The notes under the pieces: generated by a model
What the model was told of the DNA's origin: nothing
The model's database searches: none
Seen by the model: only the letters and a program-made list of their open reading frames with translations
Program-made: the position numbers and the translations under genes
Assembly (NCBI GenBank): GCA_964016885.1
Contig: OZ024746.1
Span: 24,862,001-24,926,000, forward strand
Source: Eledone cirrhosa
Lineage: Eukaryota
DNA length: 64,000 nt
Direction: 5' to 3'
In this document: in pieces, positions 39,236-53,447 of the stretch
Numbering within the stretch: position 1 is the first letter of the stretch
How the letters are laid out: every line of letters starts with the position of its first letter

Positions 39236-40077
39236 TTTGTATATATATATTGGGGGAAGGGAGAAATTTTTGGATGCTATACCTGACATAATAAAAAACC
39301 AAAATACACCCCTAACATTTGTCGGAATATCAATCACGAGAGTAGATAAATAAATATATAAATACATAAATAAGAAATGATAGAAAAGGAAAAGAAAATC
39401 CCTACATTATGTAATATTCCCAGTCACCCCTAAATTTTCCCTAAATTTCAAAACCGGGAGGGGAAAGTCCAAGGGTTAAAATCCCATATGATGGTACCTC
39501 AAATACTAGTGTATCCCTTCGCATTACAGTTTAAAGCAATACATATGATCGCTTTGATGACTCTTATTCGTTTCTAAGGGTCTCGTTTTTTTTCTCTTCT
39601 TTCTATCATATATATATATATATATATATGTCAAAATCTTTCCCTCTGTCTATCTCTTTCCCTCTCTGTCTATCTTTTGCCATAAAAACGATAATGATAA
39701 TCAATTCAATTAAGAAATATATATATATATATATATATTATTAGTATTATTATTAAAATTAAATACCATTTATTCTGCGGCAGAGAGCTTCATCTTCCCA
39801 GAATCGTAGTACTGGTCGTTATTGTATGTGTGTGTTTCTGCGTATATATATATATATATATATGTGGTGTATATACGCATTCACATATTTAGAGGTAATA
39901 TCACGTGAACACAATCACGTGACAAATCACATTATTCTTTCAAAAGGAAACGTTTGGCGCCATTTTTCTCCAGGGAATAGCGCGTCAACAAACGCAAGAG
40001 AAAAGAAGAAGCAAAAGGTAAGAAAATGGTAAATAATATCAGTTTCCATTTATTAATATATGGTATATATATGTATG

Positions 40078-42150
<2,073 letters not shown>

Positions 42151-42379
42151 ATCATACACATCCGTGTATATTTATTTATATATATATATAGCTTTTAAGC
42201 TATTTTGTAGTATCTCTGTTCAGGAACACACCACTTATATTAAATTTATCTCCCTGGCGCTTTGTAAAAGTCTGAGAGATTGGCTACATATATGTTTTAT
42301 ATATTTTCTTTTTTGTTTAGATGGAAGACAAAACAAAGAAGATGAATACAAAGATGAAGAGAAAGATAAAGATGAAGAA

Positions 42380-42650
42380 CCGCACTGCACAATACTGCAC
42401 TGCACCACACCACACTGCACTGCACCACATCGCAGTGCACCACACCACACCACATAAAAACATACAACACTACACCACACCACTCCTCACTACTCCACTC
42501 CACATAAAAACACACCACTCCTCACTACAACACACCACACTACTCCACACCACACCTCACTACATCATACTACATAAAAACACACCTCACTACATCACAC
42601 CACACTACTCCACACCACATAACACCACAACACAACACACCACATAACAC
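42380..42650. repeat. Degenerate (CACAC/CACTA)n pentanucleotide tract; similar tracts at 43640-43910 and 44980-45170
   Basis: Visible low-complexity repeat. It explains the His/Thr-rich and Val/Cys-rich ORFs here. Confidence 0.9.
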
Positions 42651-43640
42651 CCAAAATGTTTTCCTCATCTTTTTTTCATGTGTTATCAACTAATCTGATC
42701 TCCAAGATGTTTGTTATTGACTCTCTCTTCATGGAAAACTTAGGTGTATGCACTTCTCTCATTTAACCCCAGAGTTTTCTCTAAGATTTTTTGTATGTTA
42801 TCAACGAATATGACCTCCAAACCAGTTGGAAATGATTAGTTGTTCTAGAAAAAAGGAGGGGTAAAGCGGGTGGAAAAACCATTTTCGTTTTGTAGATATA
42901 TACCCTAATGATTTTTCTTCGGTCTCCTTTTGAGTGCTATCAACTAATCTGACCTTTTAGTTGCTCTAAATCATTTTTTTTCCCCTGGGATTTGGAAACT
43001 AAAACTAAATTAAACATAAAATTAAATCTAGCCCCAACCCTAAACTCTAAACCAAACCAAGCTAAATTTAAATATAAACATTACCCCAACCCTTAAACTA
43101 TACCCCAACCATAAAACTAAACCCTAAACATTACCCCAACCCTAAAACTAAACCCTAAAACTAAACCCTAATTTTTACCCCAACCCTAAAACTAGACCCT
43201 AAACATTACGCCAACCCTAAAACTAAACCCTAAACTTTACCCCAAGCTTAAAACTAAACCCTAAACATTATCCCAACCCTAAACCTAACCCAGGGAAATA
43301 AGTTGATTGGAAGCATCTAGGAGGTCAGATTAATTAATAGCACAGGAAATATACCGAAAATGATTAAGTCCCACAACATGTGAGTGGGGTGTAGATCTGC
43401 AAAACTCTTCCACTCTCCTCTTTCTCCAAAGCTAGTTGTTTTTGACTGGTTTGGAAGTCATATTCACTGATAACGCATGAAAATAGAATCAAAGAGAAAA
43501 TTCCGAGTAAGCAGGGGTTATCCGGGTGAAGAGGGAACCACCTCACCCCGCCGTTTTCCTGGGGGGAAAAAGTCAGTTTCAAGCATCTTGGAGATTGGAT
43601 TAGTTGATAGCACATGAAAAATAGGATGAAAAAATTTCAC
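42650..43640. mobile_element. ~1-kb fold-back module: ~340-bp imperfect inverted arms around a telomere-like spacer
   Basis: TGTTATCAACTAATCTGATCTCCAAGATG (42681) pairs with CATCTTGGAGATTGGATTAGTTGATAGCACA (43584). GAATATGACCTCCAAACCAGT pairs with ACTGGTTTGGAAGTCATATTC. The spacer 43000-43290 is rich in AACCCTAAA. Confidence 0.7.
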
Positions 43641-45229
43641 ATCACATCACACCACATCAAATCACTCTGCACGCCATCACATCACACCACGTCTCGTCTC
43701 ATTTCACCACGCCACGCCACATCACATTTCACCACGCCACGCCACATTTCATCACATCACATCACATTTCACCACGCCACGCCACATCACACTACATCCC
43801 ACCACACCATATCCCCCACCCTACATTGAACCACACTCCACTACACCACACCACTGTCCACTACACTAAACCACACTCCACTACACTACACCACACCACA
43901 CCACTGTCTATTCGACTGTTTTCTATTTCGTAGGTATGTCCAGTTACAGTAAGAGAAAGAAAGTTATTTCAAAGGATCTGAGTAAGTAAACACTTCATTG
44001 ACCATCATTTTAAGCAGAATCTCAGTGTAGTTGACCTTTTCATATGATTACACCTCAGTCTTAACTTAATCACCTGTAGATGGATGCTATATGTAATGTT
44101 AAAATTAGTTAAACACTGTTTCCCTCTTCTCATCACATGTGGATGCTACATGTGTATTGTTAACATTAATCTAACGTTGTATGTGTGTGTCCCCGCCTCA
44201 CCATATCATACCACACCACATCACACCATGTTGTACCACACCAGACCACATAACACCATGCTATACCATATATATATATATATATATATGAGCTCCCCAC
44301 TCGTTATATTAACTGTATCTCCTCGGTGTTTTGTGAAAGTCTGAGAGATCAGCTATATATTTGTTTACAATTTTTTTTATATTTAGATGGAAAAGAAGAA
44401 AAAGACGACGAAGCAGACAACTAAAATGAAAATGACAACAAAGACAAAGAAGACATGGGAAACGAAGATGATGAAAAGAAGAAGAAAGTATGATCTCAGT
44501 TCAGTCTAAACCTAATGATTTATAGATATGATCTTAGTTCAGTCTTAACCTAATGACCTGTAGATACGATCTATTTAGGTTTAACATTCAAAGATATTTG
44601 TATATACTTTTGTTGATGTTTGACATTGTTTTTTAGTTATGAAATAGCTTATAAGCTACATTATAGGATCACAGTGCATGAGCACACTGCTCTTTAAATT
44701 AACTTTATCTCCTCAGCACTTTGTAAAGTCTGAGAGATAGGCAACATATATGTTTTACATTCTTTGTTTTTGGTATTTAGATGGCAGAGGAGAAGATAAA
44801 AGCACAGAAGAAGTCAAAGGCACAGAAGAAGTCAAAGGCACAGAAGCAGTCAAAGGCACAGAAGAAAACAAAGGCACAGAAGAAGACAAAGAAAATGAAC
44901 AAGAAGAACAATTATTATTACTATTATTATTGTTGTTATTATTATTTGTATTATTATAATCAAACTAAGCCACACATCAACCTATATCATACCACACCAC
45001 ACTGACAAACATTATACCATACCGCATTATCCAACACCACACTACGAAACACTGTACGACCTCACATCAGACCATGCTATGAAACAATATACCATACTAC
45101 ACTATACAACAATAGACAACACCACACAAGACTATGAAACACTATACTTTACCACACTATATCACACCACTCAACTTAGAGAGGATCAACTTTTTTCCTG
45201 GAAAGTAGAAAACCTAACTTTAAGCTAAA

Positions 45230-46070
45230 ACCGAACTTTAAAAATAACACTTACCCTAACACTTGCTCTAACATGAAAACTAACACAAACACTAACACTA
45301 ACCTGAACACCAGCACTAAAACTAACACTACCGTAAGCACTAATACAGACACTAACACTAACCTGAACACTTACACTAAAACTAACATTAGCCTGAACAC
45401 TAGCACTAAAACTAACACTGCCATAAACACTAACTCAAACACTAATCTGAAAACTGATACTAACCAGAAAACTAAGCTAACATTAACTTCAACACTAAAA
45501 CAAACACTAACAGAGATACTAACACAAATATTAACACAAAAACAAACACTAACACAATCTCTAACACTAACCTCAACACTAAAACTAACATTAACTTGAA
45601 CACTAACTCTAACCTGAAAACTAAGCTAACATTAACCTGAACACTTATAGAAATACTAATGCTAACATTAACACAAAAACAAAGACTACCGCTAACACAA
45701 TCACTAACACTAATGGAAACATCAATCACTAATGCTAACAGAGATACTAACACAAAAACAAACACTAACACAATCTTTAACACTAACATAACTTGAACAC
45801 TAACACTAACCTGAACACTTACACTAAAACTAAGCTAACACTAAGGCTAATCCAAACACTAACGCAGATGCTAACACCAGTCTACATAGACACTAACACA
45901 AAAGCTTACATAGACGCTTATGCAAATGCTAACGCTGATGCAGACAGTAACGCAAACAGTAACTGTAAGAGTAACCGTTACAGTAACACTAACAGTGACA
46001 GTAATGCTAACAGTAACACAGTCACTAACAATAAACTTACCCTAACACTAACCCTAAATCTAACATTAAT
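45230..46070. repeat. Degenerate (ACTAAC)n hexanucleotide tract
   Basis: Visible low-complexity repeat. It explains the TNTNTN, LTLTL and VLVLV ORFs. Confidence 0.9.
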
Positions 46071-46249
46071 CCAGAGAAAAAAGTCATTTGCACTCACATT
46101 TAAGGTCACTCTTTAAGATATAGAAGATAGGCATTACATTTTAATGATTTTAATTTAAAGAGAATCACGCTATGCGATGCAACACAATAACACACCACAC
46201 CACACTAACCTACACTACACCAAACCAGATTATACCATACCTTGGTAAA

Positions 46250-48740
46250 TTTATGATAGGTTTCCATGTTATAACTACACCAAACTAAACCATACCAAAC
46301 TACACCAAACCAAACCACACCATAACAAACTACACCATACTACATCACACCATGCTATTGAACTCAGTGTGAAAAATTTTCTTCCTGCTTTTTTTGTGTG
46401 TGTGCTTACCACCCAATCTGACATTAAAAGTGTTCGCAATTAACTATTTTTTGCACATATTATCAATGAAGACTTTGAAACCTATTGAAAATGACTAGCT
46501 TTGTAGAAAAAAGAGGGCGGAAAGTGGGTGGAAATACCATTCACAAAGATTGTCATTCTTGATTGCAGTGAAAGTCATATTTGTTGTTAATATGGTAATG
46601 GAGGCACATGGCTTAGTGGTTAGAGCATTGGCCTTGCAATCGAAAGGTTGTTAGCTCAATTCTCAGACCAGGTGGTGTGTTGTTTCTTTGAGCAAGGCAC
46701 TTTATTTCACATTGCTCCAGTTTACTCAGCTGTAGAAATAAGATGATAGGGACTGGTGTCCCTATCATTCCACTGCAAAGTGGAATGATAGGGTTGGTGT
46801 CCCTATCATTCCACTGCAAAGTGGTCGTGTAGGTGCCACGGCAAAGACCACCCAGCACTCACTGTAAATGAGGCTGGTGTTAGGAAGGGCATCCAGCTGT
46901 AGAAATCAAGTCAGAATCAGTTTCCGTCCCACCCTTACAAGCAGGGAAAAGTGGACGTAAAATGATGATGATGATGGTAAAAGCATAGTCGGCTGTGAGC
47001 ATGTTGGAGGTTGGAAAACCATACCACATTAAACTACACCATACTACATCACACTATGCTATTAATCTCAGTGAGAACATTTTTCTTCCTGTTTTTTTTT
47101 TTCTGTGTGCGCGTGTGTGCTTACCACCCAATCTGATATCAAAGGTGCTCACAAATGTCTATTTTTTTACACATTATCAATGTATATAACATGGAAACCT
47201 ATCATTTGCAATAGGTTCCCATGTCATAACTACAACAATCCAAACCACACCACAACAAACTACACCATTCTACATCACACCATGCTTTAGATCTCAGTGT
47301 GAAAAATGTTCTTCCTGTTTCTTTTTTTTTTTTTTGTGTGTGTTCTTACCACCCAATCTGACATCAAAGGTGTGGCAGTTGACTATTTTTCGCACATATT
47401 ATCAATAATTATGACATGGAAAACTGTCGAAAATGACTAGCTTTGGAAATTTAAATCCTCACTTATAACAAAGCACACCACAGCACATTAATCTACCCCA
47501 ATCCACACCATAACCATACTTTACGGTAAATTTATTACAAAACACCTACTCCTACCATTTAAATCACACCATGGTATGGACATCAATGTGACAAATTTGC
47601 TACCTGCTTTTTTTTTTTTGTTTGTGGTTACCACCTCAAACTAACATCAAAGGTGCTTTCAAATGACTATTTTCCCACACATTATCAATGAATATGACAT
47701 GGGAATCTATCGTTTACAATTGGTTTCCATTTTATAACTTCACCAAACCAAACCACACCATACCAAGTTACACCATACTACATTGCACCAAGCTATTGAT
47801 CTTGGTGTGAACATTTTTTTTCCCATTTCCTTTTTTTTCTTTTCTGTGTGCTTACCAGCCAATCTGACATTAAAGGTGCTCCCAATTTACTTTTTTTTTC
47901 ACATATCAATAATTATGACATGGAAACTTGTCGAAAATGACTATCTTTGTAGAAACTTCACCAAACCACACCATACTACATCACACCAAGATATTGATTT
48001 TGGTGTGACAAATTTTCATCTGGCATATTTTTTTCCTGTTTCTCTTTTTTTGTGCTTACCACCCAATTTGACATGAAAGGTGCTCGGAAATTACTATTTT
48101 ATGCACATATTATCAATGGTTATGACATGGAAAGCTGATGAAAATGACTAGCTTTGTAGAAAAAAGAGGGAGGTTGTGGGTGGAAATACCATTTACAAAG
48201 CTAGTCATTTTTTATTGCAGCGGAATTCATATTTTTTGTTAATATGCTAAAAGCATAGTCCACTGCGAGCATCTTGGAAGTTGATAGCACATGCAAAAAT
48301 TTATGAAAAATTTTTTTCTAACATAAATCAAAGTGGAAATTTAAAACCTCACTTATAACAAAGCACACCACAGCACATTAATCTACCCCAATCCACACCA
48401 TATACTTCACCATAACCATACTTCACCATATGGTAAATTTATTACTGAACACCTACTCCTACCATTTACATCACACCAATGCTCGCAGTTGACTATTTTT
48501 TTCACATATTATGAATGAATATAACTTTGAAACCTATCGTCAATGATTAACTTTGTAAAAAAATGAAGGCAGAAAGTGGGTGGAAAAACCATTCACAAAG
48601 CTAGTAATTTTTAATTGCAGTGGAAATCATATTTGTTGTTAATATGCTAAAAAAATAGTCAATTGCAAGCATTTTGGAGATCGGATTAGTTGATAGGACA
48701 TAAAAAAACAAAGGAAAACAAATATTGTCTATATGTTCCT
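46250..48740. repeat. Complex tandem array of ~200-300-bp units, interrupted by a SINE
   Basis: The core TGTGCTTACCACCCAATCTGACATYAAAGGTG...ACTATTTTT.CACATATTATCAAT...GACATGGAAA recurs at ~46400, 47120, 47345, 47625, 47850 and 48055, with partial copies to 48700. Confidence 0.85.
46598..46976 (+). mobile_element. Full-length tRNA-derived SINE (family B) with an RTE-derived 3' tail
   Basis: GGAGGCACATGGCTTAGTGGTTAGAGC head and TTGAGCAAGGCACTTTATTTCAC core. Its tail GGTGTTAGGAAGGGCATCCAGC...TGGACGTAAAA(TGA)n is shared with the RTE 3' UTR at 50800-50943. Confidence 0.88.
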
Positions 48741-49439
48741 GTGGAAAGTCGGGTCTTCTGTATTACTGTGTGACGTCAGAGGTCATGGTCGTGTGTCATT
48801 GCCCTTGAGAGGTGCAATTGGGAAAGGTCGGCTTAGAAATATTTACTTCTGCGTTCACAAATTGATTTTTTTTTAGTTTCAGAAGATCCCATTAAGGGTG
48901 AAAGCAGCCGATTCTTTGCTTAAACTTTAATCTGTTATTTTAATAAATATTTGCTCTACGGTTCTTATATAATTGAAATATATTTATCCCTATCGAGCCC
49001 TCTTTAGATGTTAGTCTTCAAATTTATTATTATTACTATTTGGCTCCCTTGACTGAGTACTCTATTGACTTATATTCATCATGCAGAAACATCTGAATAT
49101 TTCTACAAAGAACATACCCGTACCAAGCAGGAAGAAATACCTAAAACTATGTCTCCACGAACCAAAGTATCGTCTTTCTGTCTTCCTTCGGTTGCAACGT
49201 TTTTCGAAATATTTACTTCTACGTTCACAGATTGATTTTTTTTTAGTTTCAGAAGATCCCATTAAGGGTGAAAGCAGCCGATTCTTTGCTTAAACTTTAA
49301 TCTGTTTTGCTCTACGGTTCTTATAAAAACTTTAATCTGTTATTTTAATAAATATTTGCTCTACGGTTCTTATATAATTGATATATATTTATCCCTATCG
49401 AGCCCTCTTCATATGTATTATTATTACTATATATATATA

Positions 49440-50943
49440 AAGAAACAGCCAGCAAGGTTAGAATTAACAACGAATATAGTGAAGAGTTTAGCGTAAAAGT
49501 TGGTGTTCATCAGGGCTCCGTCCTTAGCCCCCTACTATTTATTATTGCCCTTCAGGCTATAACAGAGGAGTTCAAGACCAGCTGCCCATGGGAACTCCTA
49601 TATGCAGATGATCTAACGCTCATAGCTGAATCAATGGCTAAATTAGAGAAGAAATTCCAAACATGGAAGCATGGCCTAGAATCAAAAGGGCTTAAAGTTA
49701 ACTTGTCTAAGACTAAAGTTCTAGTTTGTAGAAAGGAAAATAGGGCACCGGTCCCATCTGGGAAATGGCCATGCTCAGTGTGTAGGAAAGGAGTAGGTAG
49801 AAACTCCATTTTATGTCCCAAATGCAAAGTATGGGTACATAAAAGATGTAGTGGGATCACAGGTAAACTATCTAAGAATATAGATTTTATATGTGGCCGG
49901 TGCTCTGGTGCAATAAGTAGCAGCAAGTGCCCACAGAATACTAACTCGTTCCATTGCACAGATGGTTCTATAGAAATAGTGGACAACTTCCGTTACCTGG
50001 GTGATAAAATCAGCAGTGGAGGAGGGTGCTCTGAAAGTACAGTAGCTAGGGTCAGAACGGGATGGAAAAAGTTCAGAGAGCTTATACCACTATTGGCCGC
50101 TAAAGGGTTCTCTCTAAAAATGAAGGGCAGGCTGTATGATGCCTGCATACGAACAGCAATGTTACATGGCAGTGAGACCTGAGCATTGTGTGCAGAGGAT
50201 ATACGCAGACTGGAGAGAAACGAAGCTTGCATGCTCCGCTGGATGTGTAATAGTAACATACGTGAACGGCAAAGCATAAACGTACTAAGGGAGAAATTAG
50301 AAATAAGAGGGATCAGATGTTGTTTACTCGAGAGAAGACTACGTTGGTATGGTCACGTGATGCGCATGAAAGACGACAGCTGTATAAAAAAGTGCAGGGC
50401 AATAAAAATAGACGGTAGCCACGGAGTAGGCAGACCCAGAAAAACCTGGGACGACTTGATAAATTCCGACCTCATACACTTACACCTCTCCAAGGCAATG
50501 TCACTGAACTGAGAGCTTTGGCGCTACACAGTAATAGAGACCTTACCTAAGTACAAAGTGACCTGCCTTACCTAAGTACAAAGTGAAACCTACTAGTCAG
50601 TAGGCACTTCTAACAAAATACACCCCGTCCCACTACCCCCCACCACCCCTTCTATGTAAAGTTATGTTGGTACCACAACATCCAGGCCGAAACAAATGAG
50701 GTCGTGTAGGTGTCACGACAGAAAAACACACAGTCCACGCTGTAATGTGGCCGTGTAGGCAACACGGTAAAAACCTCCCAGTTCCACACTGTAAATGTGG
50801 TTGGTGTTAGGAAGGGCATCCAGCCGTAGAAAACCCGCTAGACAGTCCTATGCGAGCAAGACAACCACTCTTGCGTCAAGTGGGAAAACCCCCGTCCAAA
50901 CCCATGCAAGCGTAGAATATGGATGTTAAAGGATGATGATGAT
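49440..50943 (+). mobile_element. 5'-truncated RTE-clade LINE with its 3' UTR and (GAT)n tail
   Basis: GVHQGSVLSPLLF, WELLYADD (~49601), NLSKTKVL, a PHD-like finger, FRYLG, MLHGSET* (premature stop), RRLRWYGHVMRM and GRPRKTW. Confidence 0.93.
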
Positions 50944-51037
50944 ATATATATATATATATGTGTGTATATATTAGTTTATATATGTGTGTGGGTATATATT
51001 AGTTTATATATATGTGTGTATATATATATATACATAT

Positions 51038-51402
51038 TGAGAGCATTGGCCTTGCAATCGAAATGTTGTGAGTTCAATTCTCACACCGGGTGATGTGTTG
51101 TTTCCTTGAGCAAGACACTTTATTTCACATTGCTCCAGTTTACTCAGCTGTAGAAATGAGATGATAGGACTGGGGTCCCTATCATTCCATTGCAAAGTGG
51201 TCGTGGAGGTGCCACAGCAAAAAAGCACCCAGCCCACACTGTAAAGTAGATGTGGAGGTGCCACGGGAAAAAAGCACCCAGCACTCACTGTAAATGAGGT
51301 TGGTGTTAGGAAGGGCATCCAGCTGTAGAAATCAAGCCAGAATCAGTTCTCGTCCCACTCTTGCAAGCAGGGAAAAAGTGGACGTAAAATGAAATGATGA
51401 TG
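51038..51402 (+). mobile_element. SINE family B
   Basis: Closely similar to 46598-46976, including the tail. Confidence 0.85.
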
Positions 51403-51807
51403 AATGCTCCCAGCTGTGGTCACCCCATAGTATCAAACTAACCATGGAGCTTGAAGCAATCCAATGAAGCTACACCAAGAAGGTTGCCACGATGAAGGAG
51501 ATAAACTACTGGGAGAGTCTAAAAGAACTGAAACTACTCCTCGGAATGAAGATGGGAGAGATATGCAATGATATACATATGGAAAATCCTGCGGGGACTA
51601 AGACTAAACTTTCGCATTGAGAGCTGGACCAATTCTCGAACAGGACGTCCACTGTGTGGTACCAAAGGTCCCGTCTTCCACATCTAGAATCAGGAGCAGC
51701 TATTGCAATAGCCTGGGGTTCAAAGGCCCTCAACTTGGTTTTCAAAATTTAAATTTGTGTTTCCTATTCATCAATGCTTCAAGCAAGCTATAAAACTCTG
51801 TTATATT

Positions 51808-52062
51808 TCATCATCATCATTTTATGTCAGTTCTTCTACGCTAGCATGGGTTGTCCTGTTGTGGGCAGTGTCCGGTCGGCTGACCTTGTCTTGCTCATAC
51901 GGGAACTGATTCTGTCTTGATTTCTACAGCTGGATGCCCTTCCTAACACCAACCTCATTTACAGTGAGTGCTGGGTGTTTTGTTTTTTTTGCCGTGGCAC
52001 CTCCACGACCACTTTGCAGTGGAATGATAGGGACACCAGTCCTATCATCTAATTTCTACAGC
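51808..52062 (-). mobile_element. 3' half of SINE family B, inverted
   Basis: (CAT)n...TTTCTACAGCTGGATGCCCTTCCTAACACCAACCTCATTTACAGTGAGTGCTGGGT is the reverse complement of the family B tail. Confidence 0.8.
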
Positions 52063-52163
52063 ATATTATGAACTCTTTTTCTGCAGCTTGCAGCACTTTG
52101 GGCGTCACAATAAGCTTGGAAAAGACTTGTGATGTATCAGCCAGTACCTGGAAACGAGTACAC

Positions 52164-52329
52164 TGATGACCCAATGTCTGGACGTCCTACAACTGCCACT
52201 ACCGAGGAAAACATTGATCTCAGTACTGCAACACCGATGGAGGAAGTGTGTGGAACGCAAGGGAGACTATGTTGAAAAATAAACCTCATTTGGTCACATT
52301 CCATGAGAGTATCTTTGTCAACCCTCGTA
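52164..52329 (+). mobile_element. Internally deleted mariner transposase relic with its right end
   Basis: DDPMSGRPTTATTEENID is followed by WRKCVERKGDYVEK*; both are typical mariner transposase motifs. Ends ACCCTCGTA. Confidence 0.75.
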
Positions 52330-53447
52330 TCTATGCGCAATATACGTAAAGATACAGAATTGCGGGCACTACAACGCTAGCTGTCATATTTGTTGGTGAA
52401 AAAAATTTGATTATAAAACTTAAATTTATGAATGACTTGTTGTTTTCTACATTGATAACCATGACTTGTTTTCTAATTTGGCCCTTTTAAGGGCCACCTA
52501 TATTTTCATTTAAGTAACTTCACTTACATCGATATGCTTTATAACCAAGACTTGTTTTCTAATTTGGCCCTTTTAAGTCTTGCCTCTCTCTCTAAAAAAA
52601 AAACGCGTGACAACTCCACTTACGCGTGGTAGTAATACGGAAATAAACGATGTTGACGAGTGACGTCACCCTTGCCTGTTTTCCACTGGACTATTAGCGT
52701 TGCAGTGCCGTATATATATATATATGCTAATTTTTGGTTTAATCAATACATATAAAATATATATATATCAATAATGTTTCTCAGTAAAAAAAAACCTCAG
52801 TTCAGAGCATCAATCATATGTTTAAACGATATATAGTAGGATATATCAATTGAGAAATGGCTAGTATTCTCTGTGTATATATATGCCCTAGCACGAAACT
52901 CTAGTCTTTTGAGTCATTCTTGTAGCAATGTCAGCTAATAAAAATATGTATACATACAAATATATTTGCACGAAAATGATTGTTTCCTACCTTGACTAGG
53001 ATGAACAGGGACACGAGAAGAAGCCATGCTTAGGAAATTATAAAAATTGACCGGAAAAATACAAACTAACTTCCGCCAAATGGATAGAACCGCAGTGACG
53101 ATCTAATGATGTTATTGGATATAATAAACAATTAGGAAGAATTAAGAAATACATATTATTATATCCAAATTAGAAAAAAACATCAATAGATTACATCGAA
53201 TTATTTAAAATTATGTTTTAAAATTTTCTCATGACCATAAGATTTGAGATAATTTAAGAGAAAAGAAAGGTGATTTTCTGAGGGTGTCTTGATGTTAGGT
53301 GAATGACCGATAGGTCCCCCATTTACTCATAATACAGAGAGATGAGGAGGGCGAGAGAGATGGAAGCGATGACAGTGGGAGTTCGGACCTTGTGTGCGAC
53401 GTCAGTTGTCCGTAGGGAGGTAGTGATTCATTACCTACCGTTTGTAA

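Noticed and set aside
43000-43290. True telomere or chromosome-fusion scar
   Set aside because: The CCCTAA-like units are irregular and enclosed by inverted arms of a repeat element rather than forming a pure TTAGGG tract.
42235-46116. His/Thr-, Val/Cys- and Thr/Asn-rich ORFs
   Set aside because: They are products of penta- and hexanucleotide low-complexity tracts.
53296-53440. GC-richer patch with short inverted ends as a structured ncRNA
   Set aside because: No recognisable RNA family motif. It could equally be a transposon fragment, and the evidence is insufficient.
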